A stretch of DNA of 63,282 nucleotides, the filler included, from Acidimicrobiia bacterium (lineage in GTDB: Bacteria; Actinomycetota; Acidimicrobiia; Spongiisociales; SHLN01), in the NCBI GenBank assembly GCA_041619515.1. It is 3 parts of 3 records of this genome, joined end to end, with 100 filler letters (N's around TTAATTAATTAA, not from the genome) between each part and the next. Parts side by side here need not be neighbours in the genome. Positions count along the whole stretch, not along the records: positions 1 to 29,617 come from JBFKDW010000033.1; 2 more parts are not named here. One strand, given 5' to 3'. A program made the translations under genes and the position numbers. The first letter of the stretch is position 1. Every line of letters begins with the position of its first letter. Positions 1-9,087 of this stretch are shown here, one piece after another. The notes below the pieces were generated by a model. That model did no database searches, had not been told where the DNA came from, and worked only from the letters and a program-made list of their open reading frames with translations.

Positions 1-2487
1 CACCTCCGGTGAGTTCTCTTCCACGGTGAAGGCCTCACTCGTGGCCTCAGGTGTGCGGTTCACGATCACCGTGACCGTCTCGGCAGTAACCAGCTCACCA
101 TCGGTAACAGTGATCGTCAGCTCATAGGACTGACCGAACGCAAGAGTGGTGTTATCGGCGATACGCAACTGACCGGTCGCGCCGACGATCGTGAATACAC
201 CATCGGGATTACCGCCGGTGATGCTCCAGTTGCTCAGCGCGTCGCCTTCAGGATCGGAGCCGGCCACGGAACCAACCGTGTCGACGTTGGCAGCATCAAA
301 GGCCAGCTCGAACAGCTGATCAGGTTCCACCACCGGAGCATCGTTTGCCCCCGTCACCGTAATGATCTGCTCACCAACGTTGGAATCATCGATCCCGTCG
401 TTGACCCAGTACTGCAATAGGCGGTCGGTGGTATCGGGATCCTGGCTGGCGTTGTCGTAGGCAATCGACGCCAGAACCGCCTCGAAGTCGGCGAGCGTGG
501 CAGGACCGGAGATGGTGAAGACTCCCGTATCGGAGTCGTAACCCATGTCACTCTCGAAGATCGAACCCGAAGGGGTGGCCGACAAGGTCTCGTCGGTGCC
601 GTCCACCCGGTTGACGATCGTCACCGTTGCCGACAACAGCGAATCACCATCGACATCGGACACGGTGAACGAGCCGTCCACCAGGACCGGGCCGCCATCC
701 TCGACGAACAGAGCTGCGAAGTCAGAGGTCTCCACCACCGGGGCGTCATTCAGCCCGGTGATTTCGATGACGACGCTCGCTCGGTCGGTGCCGCCATTGC
801 CATCCGAGACGGAGTAGTCGAACGAGTCGACCATCGATTCACCGTCGGCGAGTGCCTGCAGGGTTGCCGAACCGGACGGGTCGTAGCCAAAGGTGCCGTC
901 ACCCAGGTTGGTGATCGCCGCACCCTCCACGGAGGTTCCGTCGGCGGCGCTCACGACCAGCACGTCACCGGCGTCGGGATCCTCGTCGTTGGCCAGCACG
1001 CTGGCGATCGTGATGGAGGCGTCCTCGGTGGTCGTCGCGAACGGGGCCAGCGCGGACCCGTCGTCGAGCGCACTCGGGTCGTCGTTGACCGGCGTCACCG
1101 AGATGGACACGGTTTGGGGACTCGACTCGAGCGTTCCGTCGGTCACGCGATAGGTGAAGGAATCCTCATGATGCTCGAAGCCACCGTGGGTGTACGTGAA
1201 CGAGCCGTCCTCGGCGAGTGTGACCGATCCGTACGCGGCGTCGGTCTCGAGGGTTGCGGTGAGGGTGTCGGCCGGGCGGTCGGCATCGGTGTCGTTGGTG
1301 AGGACCCCGGCCGCCGCCTCGACGGCCAGCGTGCCGCCCTCCTCGACGCCGTCGTAGGAGTCGGGCTCGGCGACCGGCGCATTGTCGTTCACCGGGCTGA
1401 TGAAGATGTACACGGTGCCGACGTTCGAGGTGCCTTCGGAGTCGCTGACCTGATAGGTGAAGCTGTCCTCGTGGTTCTCCGACCCGTCGTGGGCGTAGGT
1501 GAACGAGCCATCCGAGTCCAGCGTCAGCGTCCCGTGCAGTGGCTGCGTCACGATCTCGGCGGTCATGGTGGGCGGCAATGCGGTCGGAGGGGCGGGGATG
1601 TTGCTCCGGTCGTTGGAGAGCAGGTTGCCCGAAACCGTGTCTCCCTCGGTCAGCTCGAACTCGTCGTCGACCGCCACCGGAGGACCGAAGTCGATGTCCT
1701 CGTAATTGCCGGCCACCGGCAGGAAGGTGGTCGAGCCCAGGGCGACGGTCCGGTCTGCCACCCCTTGGGCGTTCAGGTTCGAGAGATAGAAGGTGGAGTC
1801 GTCCGGCCGGAAGATGCCGACGGTCTGGTCGCCGTCGGCGTTCCAGTCGCCGGCGAGGATGCGGTCGGAGGGAATCCCGTAGAAGAAGTCGAGGTCGGCG
1901 ATGCCGGAGGTGTGGCTGTTGCGCATGTAGGCGAAGCCGGTGCTCTCGCGATAGAGGCCGACGGTGGTGATGCCGTCTCCGTTGAAGTCGCCGGTGAAGG
2001 GACGGTCGCCCGCGATCCCGAAGTAGTAGGAGATGTCGGCGATCCCGGTGTCGAGGGTATTGCGGAGGAACACCTGGCCGTCCCGGTACACGCCGAGGCT
2101 GTCGCACCCGTCGTCGTCCCAGTCTCCGGCCAGCGGGATGTCACCGCCCATTCCGAAGTAGAAGCTCAAGTCGGCGAACCCCTGGGTGTTCGAATTGCGC
2201 AGGTAGGCGAAGCCGTTGGAGGGGCGGAACATGCCGACCGTGTCGATCCCATCGCAGTCCCAGTCTCCCAGCAGCGGCAGGTCGCCTGGCACGCCGTAGA
2301 AGAAGCGGTCGACGGTCCCGTCGCCGTGGCGCAGGTGCCACTCGCCGGTGGCCGGGTCGAAGAGACCCACCTCGTCGGGCACTCCGTAATCTGCTCGCGC
2401 CGGAGCGGCCAGGGCCACCATGGCCATTGCCAGGGTGAGGGAGAGGAGCGTGGCTACGAACGTGCGAGCTCGGGGGGTGGGGTTCAC
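1..2487 (-). CDS. Large secreted/surface protein: N-terminal FG-GAP-like repeat module followed by tandem Ig-like/cadherin-like domains; 3' end runs off the window
   Basis: Not in the ORF track (no stop in window). GTG at 2487 after GGAGG. Hand translation gives a signal-like N-terminus (TFVATLLSLTLAMAMVALAAPARA), four GD(W/F)xxDGxxT repeats, then PVAVDD...NLLSND and FTVEENSP Ig/cadherin-type motifs. Confidence 0.85.
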   Translation of the reverse strand, partial: MNPTPRARTFVATLLSLTLAMAMVALAAPARADYGVPDEVGLFDPATGEWHLRHGDGTVDRFFYGVPGDLPLLGDWDCDGIDTVGMFRPSNGFAYLRNSNTQGFADLSFYFGMGGDIPLAGDWDDDGCDSLGVYRDGQVFLRNTLDTGIADISYYFGIAGDRPFTGDFNGDGITTVGLYRESTGFAYMRNSHTSGIADLDFFYGIPSDRILAGDWNADGDQTVGIFRPDDSTFYLSNLNAQGVADRTVALGSTTFLPVAGNYEDIDFGPPVAVDDEFELTEGDTVSGNLLSNDRSNIPAPPTALPPTMTAEIVTQPLHGTLTLDSDGSFTYAHDGSENHEDSFTYQVSDSEGTSNVGTVYIFISPVNDNAPVAEPDSYDGVEEGGTLAVEAAAGVLTNDTDADRPADTLTATLETDAAYGSVTLAEDGSFTYTHGGFEHHEDSFTYRVTDGTLESSPQTVSISVTPVNDDPSALDDGSALAPFATTTEDASITIASVLANDEDPDAGDVLVVSAADGTSVEGAAITNLGDGTFGYDPSGSATLQALADGESMVDSFDYSVSDGNGGTDRASVVIEITGLNDAPVVETSDFAALFVEDGGPVLVDGSFTVSDVDGDSLLSATVTIVNRVDGTDETLSATPSGSIFESDMGYDSDTGVFTISGPATLADFEAVLASIAYDNASQDPDTTDRLLQYWVNDGIDDSNVGEQIITVTGANDAPVVEPDQLFELAFDAANVDTVGSVAGSDPEGDALSNWSITGGNPDGVFTIVGATGQLRIADNTTLAFGQSYELTITVTDGELVTAETVTVIVNRTPEATSEAFTVEENSPEV

Positions 2488-2661
2488 TTGGTTTCGCCTC
2501 CTGCGCGGCATCCTGACCGTCAGGAAGCTGAAGGGGCTTCTTCGGTGGCCCCGCGGGAACACTTGAAGCGTTTCCAGAAAACGTTCAGCTAAAGGTCGGA
2601 GGCGCAGAGGGCTGGCGGCTATATCGCAACCCGGCTTGGACGAGGCGCGTGGGTTGGGGCG

Positions 2662-3459
2662 CTAGACCTCTTGCAGCAGTCGTGCCGTCGTGCGAGCCCG
2701 GGCCGCCAGGTCGAGCCACAGCCGGGCCGAACCGGGGTGCTCGAGGGCGATCCGATCCCAGCGCGGTGCTGCCACCTCGTACATCGTGTGCAGCAGCGGC
2801 AACATCCCGGCGTCGGTCAGCCACTCCGCCGGCAGCCGTCGGTCGGCGAGGGGAGTGCCTGCGAGGGATTCGAGGGTCGCCTTCATGACCACCCGGCCGC
2901 TCCACACTGAGAGCAAGAAGTCGTCGGTCGAAGCGGGCGGGTCGATGGGCCCGTAGCTGTCCTCGCCGGGGGCATGAAGCCCTTCTGCCCCGGCGGTGAG
3001 GGCCGGCGTGGGGCGGAGACGATCGCCGAGCTGGAGCAGCGAGAGGCGGGCGGGTTCGGCCGTCTCCCGCTCATCGGGATGACAGCGAGCGGCCGCGTCC
3101 AGCCAGGGGACCGCCCAGTGCAGCAGGCGGTCTCCGAGCAGGAAGCGGCGGTCGGCATAGGCACGGGTGGCGACGTGCGGCTCGTCACGCTCCCAGGCTT
3201 CAGACTCGGCTCTGGCGAGCGCCGCTCCCAGCCGGCACAGATCGGCCAGGTCGCGGTTGTCGAACTCGTAGCCCCAGTAGCGGGCTCTCCTATCCAGGTC
3301 GTCGTCGGGTCGGTAGTAGCGGACGACGGCGGCTTCGGTCGGAGGGAGGTCCTCCCACAGTCGGCGATGACGGCCGGCCTCCCACTCCCGGGTCAGCGTT
3401 GCCCACAGGCCGGCTTCGGCGGCAGCGGCCGCGGCCGCGTCGTCAGGCCTGGTAGGCAT
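2662..3459 (-). CDS. Putative TorD/DmsD-like molybdoenzyme maturation chaperone (divergent)
   Basis: Overlaps the oxidoreductase stop by 17 nt. RRFLLGDRLLHWAVPWL resembles the TorD-family FLxxHLxxW segment; the position is typical of such chaperones. Confidence 0.55.
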   Translation of the reverse strand: MPTRPDDAAAAAAAEAGLWATLTREWEAGRHRRLWEDLPPTEAAVVRYYRPDDDLDRRARYWGYEFDNRDLADLCRLGAALARAESEAWERDEPHVATRAYADRRFLLGDRLLHWAVPWLDAAARCHPDERETAEPARLSLLQLGDRLRPTPALTAGAEGLHAPGEDSYGPIDPPASTDDFLLSVWSGRVVMKATLESLAGTPLADRRLPAEWLTDAGMLPLLHTMYEVAAPRWDRIALEHPGSARLWLDLAARARTTARLLQEV

Positions 3460-6172
3460 CAGGTGTCGGCTTGACCGGGCGGTTCAGCCACAGCGGCCGC
3501 CGCAGGTTGCCGGGCCCGGGGCCGGGTTTGGTCAGCGCCAGCCACTCCCGGTACACCGCCAGGCTCTTGTTGGTGTCCACCACAACGTCGCCGTAGCGGT
3601 CGTCGGGCTCGGCGGCGGTGAGCCGCACCCGCTGGTGCCAGGCGTGCATTCCCGAAACCGGGTCGGGGTGGGTGGGGAAGGCCAGGTTCTGGTTGACCCC
3701 GGCGTCCTTCCACCAGATGCGCTCGCTGTCGGGGTCCTCCGAGCTGAACGGCTCAATGCCCTTCTTCTGCCGGAGCTTCCAGACACCGTCGCCGTCGGTG
3801 TCGATGTCGACGAGCGCCGAGGACCAGCGCTCGTTGCCGAGCGTGTCGGTGAGCCTCCACCGGCCCATGTGGTGGGAGGCCGCCACCACACCCGGCCTGA
3901 TTCCTTCCGTGCGCCAGGCCCGCATCACGAAGTAGCCGGTGTCGGTAGTGAGGCGGACGAGGTCGCCGGTGGAGAATCCCAGCGCGTCGGCATCGACCGG
4001 ATTGATCCACAGCGGGTGCCCGTGGCTGATCTCGTAGAGGTACTTGGCGTTCCCGCTGCGAGTATGAATGAGGGTGGGGAGCCGGAAGATCGGCAGCAGG
4101 ATGCGCTCGTTGCCCGCCATGTCCATGTCGCGCCAGTACACGTGGGTCTTGAGGTAGGTGGGAATGGCCTCCTCTTTCCAGCCCCAGTCGTGCATCGTCT
4201 CGGACCACCATTCGAGCTTGCCAGACGGCGACGGGAAGCCGGTCCGGTTCTCGCCGTCGACGGCCACTCCCTCCGGTGCCGGGCGCTCGTGCACCTCGTA
4301 GACGTCCGAGTCGATCTCGACCGCCCCGTATTTGCGCATGTACTCGAGAGGGGTGATGCCCTCGGCCGCCGCCTTGTCGGGAAGGCCGGGCACCGAGTGG
4401 TCGAACATCCACCCGTAGTACTCGTCCACCGAAACCGGGCGCGACGGATCGGCGGGGGACTCGAACCATTTCCTGATGCCGAGCGAGCCGTCGGGGTCGA
4501 CCTGCCACGACAGGTCTATCCAGAACTCGGTTTCCTCCCACACTTGGCCCGGGTTGGCGTCGTAGGTGCGGTGGTAGGTCTTGCCCTCGCGCTCGCCGGC
4601 CACCCGTAGGACGGGCTGGCGGAACCCCAGCCAGCGCCCGGCGTGCGTCTCGTAGGAAAGCGTGTCGTGGCGTTCGGCGCTCACGCCCATGGGAAGCACA
4701 TAGTCGGCGTACCAGGCGGTCTCGGACCAGGTGGGCGTCAGGGCAACGTGAAGGCCGACCTTGGACTCGTCGGTCAGCACCTCGATCCACGAGAAGCCGT
4801 CCGGGTTGGTCCACACCGGGTTGTACACCCGGGTGAAGTACACGTCGAGTTTGCCGCGCCCCTCCTTGAGGAAATAGGGCAGGAGGATGGACAGCTCGTG
4901 ATGGGCCAGCGGGTACTCGATCGGCCACAAGAGCTGGTTCCAGCGGCTGAACGGGGGCGGCATGTTCCAGTGGGACGGCTTGAATTTGTCCCAGGCATTC
5001 GGCGAGGTTCCGCCCCGGGTGCCGACCGAGCCGGTGAGGACCTGCAGGAACCACAGGCAGCGGGCCACCTGCCAGCCGCCCAGGTTTCCCGAGCCGGCCG
5101 AGCGCCAGGTGTGGGAGGCGAAGCGATTGCCGGCAGCGGCCAGCGCGGTGGCGATCTCCATGATCTGCTCCGGTCGCACGCCCGATTCGGCGGCGGCGTA
5201 CTCGATGGTGTACGAGGCGTAGGTGTCCTTGAGCATCTCGATGAACGACTCGTAGGTAGGAGCGCGGTCGGGGTACTTCTGGACGAGGGTTTCCTGCCAG
5301 TTGACCCAGCGCCGCATGAACTCGTGATCGACGGCATCCCACTCGAGGAGCTGGCGGGCGATCGCCAGCAGGATGGCCGCCTCGGTTCCCGGCCAGGTCG
5401 ACAGCCACATGTCGGCCATCGAGGCGGTGTTGGAGAGTCTCGGGTCGAGGACGGCCAGCTTGGCGCCCTTTTGCTTCGCCTCCATGATCCGCTGGGCGTG
5501 CGGATTGAAGTAGTGCCCGGTCTCGAGGTGGCTCGACAACAGGAGGATGAATCGGGCGTTGGCGAAGTCCGCAGAAGGCCGGTCGTGGCCCATCCACATG
5601 GCATAGCCGACCCGGGCGCTCGACGAGCAGATGTTGGTATGGCTGTTGTGGCCGTCGACACCCCAGGCCTTCAGCGTGCGATCCATGAAGCCGTCCTCGC
5701 CGGGGCGGCCGACGTGATACATGATTTCGTCGTGGCGATCCTCCTGGATGGCGGCCCGCATCCGTCCACCGATGTCCGAGAGCGCTTCCTCCCAGGTCAC
5801 CTGCTCCCAGTCACCCGACCCGCGCCGGCCCGTGCGGCGAAGCGGGTGGAGGATGCGCTCGGGGTCGTTGATTTGGTTGATGGTGGCCGGGCCCTTGGCG
5901 CAGTTGCGGCCGCGTGAGCCCGGATGGGCCGGGTTGCCCTCCAGCTTCTTGACCTCACCCGTCTGCTTGTTCACGTAGGCGAGCAGGCCACAACCCGACT
6001 CGCAGTTGAAGCAGGTCGTGGGAATCAGCCGATAGCTGTTCTTGACCTTCTGCGGCCAGGCGCGGGCGTCGTACTCCTCCCAGTCATCCCAGCGGTCCGG
6101 GGGTGGGTAGTTGGTGAGCTCGCTTCCCGGCAGCAGTCGCGGAATCGACTCCAGGTCCTTGTCTATGGTCAT
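3443..6172 (-). CDS. Mo/W-bisPGD (DMSO reductase superfamily) oxidoreductase catalytic subunit, Psr/Sre/Soe-like, no Tat signal
   Basis: 909 aa. FS0 motif CFNCESGC...RNCAKG; HNSHTNICSS (candidate Cys metal ligand); ETAWYADYVLP; C-terminal molydop-binding region (LWINPVDA...GIRPGVV). No twin-arginine leader. Confidence 0.92.
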   Translation of the reverse strand: MTIDKDLESIPRLLPGSELTNYPPPDRWDDWEEYDARAWPQKVKNSYRLIPTTCFNCESGCGLLAYVNKQTGEVKKLEGNPAHPGSRGRNCAKGPATINQINDPERILHPLRRTGRRGSGDWEQVTWEEALSDIGGRMRAAIQEDRHDEIMYHVGRPGEDGFMDRTLKAWGVDGHNSHTNICSSSARVGYAMWMGHDRPSADFANARFILLLSSHLETGHYFNPHAQRIMEAKQKGAKLAVLDPRLSNTASMADMWLSTWPGTEAAILLAIARQLLEWDAVDHEFMRRWVNWQETLVQKYPDRAPTYESFIEMLKDTYASYTIEYAAAESGVRPEQIMEIATALAAAGNRFASHTWRSAGSGNLGGWQVARCLWFLQVLTGSVGTRGGTSPNAWDKFKPSHWNMPPPFSRWNQLLWPIEYPLAHHELSILLPYFLKEGRGKLDVYFTRVYNPVWTNPDGFSWIEVLTDESKVGLHVALTPTWSETAWYADYVLPMGVSAERHDTLSYETHAGRWLGFRQPVLRVAGEREGKTYHRTYDANPGQVWEETEFWIDLSWQVDPDGSLGIRKWFESPADPSRPVSVDEYYGWMFDHSVPGLPDKAAAEGITPLEYMRKYGAVEIDSDVYEVHERPAPEGVAVDGENRTGFPSPSGKLEWWSETMHDWGWKEEAIPTYLKTHVYWRDMDMAGNERILLPIFRLPTLIHTRSGNAKYLYEISHGHPLWINPVDADALGFSTGDLVRLTTDTGYFVMRAWRTEGIRPGVVAASHHMGRWRLTDTLGNERWSSALVDIDTDGDGVWKLRQKKGIEPFSSEDPDSERIWWKDAGVNQNLAFPTHPDPVSGMHAWHQRVRLTAAEPDDRYGDVVVDTNKSLAVYREWLALTKPGPGPGNLRRPLWLNRPVKPTPDAYQA

Positions 6173-6184
6173 CGAATCACGTCC

Positions 6185-7756
6185 TCACGACAGCGGCACG
6201 CTTTGGCCGGCCTTCACGAATGCGTCATCTGCGAACCAGATGCCGGCCATGGCCGACAACCCGCCGAGCGCACCCACCCAGGTGGCCCCGCCGAGTGCGA
6301 TCGCGCCGAGCGCAATCGGCAGCACCACCCCGAGCAGCTGGCCCCCCAGCCACCATTCCCGGGCGTAAACGCCGCGGGTCATGTGATGCATGGCGTCGGT
6401 GATGTTGCGGGTGGGGTGGCGTGCGGTGAGCTCGGCGAAGGCGATGAGACCAAGAGCGGCCGCACCGCCGATCATCGCCCAGGTGAATGCGGTAGTGGCC
6501 GAATCGGGCACCTCCAAGAACAGGTCGAGCACCAGCCCGGAGCCTCCCCCGACCGTGAAGGCGCCCGCGACCATATGCCACAGAAGAATCGGGCTTTGCC
6601 ACAGGTCGCGGGCTTCGGCCTGGCCGAAGAGGAAGGCGGTGTAGCCGGCGGCGGCGAGGGCGACGGGGACCGATACCCAGACGACGACTGCGACCAGGTT
6701 GTCGGCGCCGGCGATCCCGGCCAGGAACCAGACCCCCAGCAGGGCGGCGTAGACCGAGAGGATGACTGCGCCTCGGACCAGCCAGGAGCCCCAGCGGCCC
6801 TTGGTGAGCAGATACAGGAACCGGTCCGGCCGCTTGAGATCGGCCACCAATAGTGCCCCGGTGCCGGCCAGGAACAAGCCCGCCACGAGCGGCGCCACCC
6901 AGTTGATGAGGGCCGGGCCGGTGCCGCTGCCGGCCAGCAAGGCGATGGCGACCGCGAGGGCGAGCCCGGCTGCGATCCCCTTGGTGAGGAAATAGCTCGA
7001 CACCCGCCACCCCCACGGCATGGGATGGTCGGTGGTGTACACGACCCGCGGGGGAGCGCCGTTCTTGCCGTATTCGAATCCCGGAGGCGGCTGGGGCTCG
7101 TGACCGTTCCTCGGGGTGAGATCGACGGTCATCCAGGGCGGGACCGGGTCGGGGGGATCCCGCCAGATGAAGTCGTCGATCAGCGTCTCGGCCCCGAGCG
7201 GGTCGAGGCTGGCCTGCTCGGCACCCTTGTACCAGAGGTTGGGCTTGGTGCCTTGTTCGGGTGCTCGCACGAACACGTCTTCGGAGGAAACGATGTGGGA
7301 GATGGCGGTGGTCGGATCGTCGAGGTCTCCGGCGATGATCGCCTGCTCTGGGCACACCACCACGCAGGCCGGCTCGAGGCCGACCTCCACCCGGTGCACG
7401 CAATAGTTGCACTTCTGGGCGGTATGTTCCCCCGGGTCGATGTAGAGGGCGTCGTACGGACATGCTTGCATGCACGACTTGCAACCGATGCACCGGTCGG
7501 TGTCGAAGTCGACGATGCCGTCCTCGCGTTTGAACAGGGCGGTGGTCGGACAGATCTCGACACACGGCGCGTCGGTGCAGTGGTTGCAGCGCATGACCGA
7601 GAAGAAACGCTTCGTGTCGGGCCAGGTGCCCTTCTCGATGTATTTGACCCAGGTGCGGTTGACGCCGAGGGGAACGTCATGCTCGGTCTTGCACGCAACG
7701 GTGCAGGCGTGGCACCCGATGCATGAGTCCTGATCGATGACAAAGCCGTAGCGCAG
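6185..7756 (-). CDS. 4Fe-4S ferredoxin (NrfC/PsrB-like) fused to a NrfD/PsrC-like membrane anchor; apparent CTG start
   Basis: The frame is open 54 codons upstream of the track ATG (7594) and encodes RYGFVIDQDSCIGCHACTVACKTEH. It then has CNHCTDAPCVEICP, CIGCKSCMQACP, KCNYC and multiple TM helices (PWGWRVSSYF, LLVADLKRPDRF). SD AAGGAG lies 6 nt before CTG at 7756; in-frame TAG is 5 codons upstream. Confidence 0.9.
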   Translation of the reverse strand: MRYGFVIDQDSCIGCHACTVACKTEHDVPLGVNRTWVKYIEKGTWPDTKRFFSVMRCNHCTDAPCVEICPTTALFKREDGIVDFDTDRCIGCKSCMQACPYDALYIDPGEHTAQKCNYCVHRVEVGLEPACVVVCPEQAIIAGDLDDPTTAISHIVSSEDVFVRAPEQGTKPNLWYKGAEQASLDPLGAETLIDDFIWRDPPDPVPPWMTVDLTPRNGHEPQPPPGFEYGKNGAPPRVVYTTDHPMPWGWRVSSYFLTKGIAAGLALAVAIALLAGSGTGPALINWVAPLVAGLFLAGTGALLVADLKRPDRFLYLLTKGRWGSWLVRGAVILSVYAALLGVWFLAGIAGADNLVAVVVWVSVPVALAAAGYTAFLFGQAEARDLWQSPILLWHMVAGAFTVGGGSGLVLDLFLEVPDSATTAFTWAMIGGAAALGLIAFAELTARHPTRNITDAMHHMTRGVYAREWWLGGQLLGVVLPIALGAIALGGATWVGALGGLSAMAGIWFADDAFVKAGQSVPLS

Positions 7757-7844
7757 AGCCTGCTCCTTCTAGCTCGGGGAATCGTCTCCGTTGGTGGGCG
7801 TCGTCAGGCTAGAAGAGCCGCGCGACGGCCTGAAAAGCAGGCTG

Positions 7845-8069
7845 CTAGGCCTTCTCGATGATGAAGTGGAATTCTTCGTTCTCCTCGAACTGCTCTTTGA
7901 GCGAGTTGCCGGTGTCCTTGGCCCAGGCCGGAATGTCCGAGAGGGCGCCGCGGTCGGTGGCGATCAGCTCGAGGGTCTGGCCCGATGTCATGTCCTTGAT
8001 TGCCATTGCGGTCTTGACCACCGGCATCGGGCACTGCAGGTCTCGGGCGTCGACGGTTGTATCTGCCAT
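7845..8069 (-). CDS. tusA: Sulfur carrier protein TusA
   Basis: 74 aa, VDARDLQCPMP motif; SD AAGGAG before ATG 8069. Confidence 0.93.
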   Translation of the reverse strand: MADTTVDARDLQCPMPVVKTAMAIKDMTSGQTLELIATDRGALSDIPAWAKDTGNSLKEQFEENEEFHFIIEKA

Positions 8070-8089
8070 TAGGTTGCTCCTTCGTTGGG

Positions 8090-8617
8090 CTAGATGAACA
8101 GTTGGATCGAGGATTGTTTCATGAGGCTGATGGCCGATCCGGCACCGGTGGGCTTGTCGAGCCCGTCGATCAGATCGTCGTTTGTGAGGCCCATGAGATC
8201 CATCGTCATCTGGCACGGCCAGAGCTTCACCCCCAGCTCCTTCGACAGGTCCAGCAACTCCTGTACGGATGCGACGTGCTTGTCTTCGGCCAGGCTCTTC
8301 ATCATGGTGGGCCCGAGGCCGCCGAAGTGGAGCTTGGAGAGGTGCAGGCCATCGGGAGTCCCCTTGTGGAAGGCCGACATCATCTTCTGGCGCCAGTCTT
8401 CTCCGGTGATCCCTCTTCCCGGCTTCTTGAGAATGCTGAGCCCCCAGAAGGTGAAGAAGACGGTTACGTCCATCCCGTAGGCGGCGCCGGTGGTGGCCAG
8501 GATGAGAACCGGCCATGCCTTGTCAAGATCGCCGGAGGCGGCGATGATGACCATCTTTTCGTTCTCAGGAGCCTGTTCGGAGGCGACCTGCGCTTCTTGG
8601 AGTTCCGGAACCGTCAT
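8090..8617 (-). CDS. DsrE/DsrF/DrsH-like sulfurtransferase (DsrE2-type)
   Basis: SGDLDKAWPVLILATTGAAYGMDVTVFFTFWGL and WPCQMTMDLMG conserved-Cys motif; SD AGGAG before ATG 8617. Confidence 0.9.
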   Translation of the reverse strand: MTVPELQEAQVASEQAPENEKMVIIAASGDLDKAWPVLILATTGAAYGMDVTVFFTFWGLSILKKPGRGITGEDWRQKMMSAFHKGTPDGLHLSKLHFGGLGPTMMKSLAEDKHVASVQELLDLSKELGVKLWPCQMTMDLMGLTNDDLIDGLDKPTGAGSAISLMKQSSIQLFI

Positions 8618-8636
8618 GGGATTCTCCTGGCTCGGT

Positions 8637-8656
8637 ATATGCGAATGAGCGAATAT
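8637..8656. promoter_or_regulatory. Palindromic operator 1 (ATATGCGA-N4-GCGAATAT), candidate ArsR-family binding site
   Basis: Imperfect inverted repeat in the dsrE/arsR divergent gap, just downstream of a minus-strand TACGAT -10-like hexamer (8661-8666); near copy at 9088-9107. Confidence 0.7.
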
Positions 8657-8738
8657 TGCCATCGTAGATCGTGCAATGCAAGTGGCCGGTTGGCGGGCGC
8701 GGCTTTCGCAAGGTGACGGCGTGTGGCATAGTTGTCAG

Positions 8739-9050
8739 ATGACATCAGTTCAGCGCGAGCTCTATCAGTTGCACGCCAGCGTCTGCAAAGGCCTGGCCGA
8801 CCCCAAGCGACTGCTGATTCTGAACTCGCTGCGGGACGGAGAGCTGTCGGTCTCCGAGATCTGTGGCGAGGTCGGTCTCCCGCAGGCGAACGTCTCGCAG
8901 CATCTGGCGGTGCTGCGCGATCGAGGCCTGGTAGCCACCCGCCGCGACGGCCAATTCGTGTTCTACCGGGTCGCTTCGGACAAGATCATCCAGGCCCTCG
9001 ACCTCCTGCGCGAGGTCATGACCGAACAGGTGGCAAGGCCGGTCCGCTAG
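8739..9050 (+). CDS. ArsR/SmtB family transcriptional repressor
   Basis: KGLADPKRLLIL...ELSVSEI...QANVSQHLAVLRDRGLVATRRDGQFVFY; CATAGT 6 nt before ATG (leaderless-type). Confidence 0.93.
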   Translation: MTSVQRELYQLHASVCKGLADPKRLLILNSLRDGELSVSEICGEVGLPQANVSQHLAVLRDRGLVATRRDGQFVFYRVASDKIIQALDLLREVMTEQVARPVR

Positions 9051-9087
9051 TCCGAGTTGTCGCCGGCGCGGCGGGCTCGTATGCTCG

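Noticed and set aside
1114..2592. 492-aa plus-strand ORF and the many other long overlapping ORFs in the track
   Set aside because: Antisense or alternate-frame shadows of real genes, expected at high GC; no family motifs.
2490..2600. c-di-GMP or other known riboswitch ahead of the adhesin gene
   Set aside because: Hairpins exist but I could not match the conserved riboswitch core motifs by eye.
3443..6172. Formate dehydrogenase or nitrate reductase call for the molybdoenzyme
   Set aside because: Lacks the FDH (C/U)H active-site pattern and nar/nap partners; NrfD anchor and sulfur-relay neighbours point to the Psr/Sre/Soe side.
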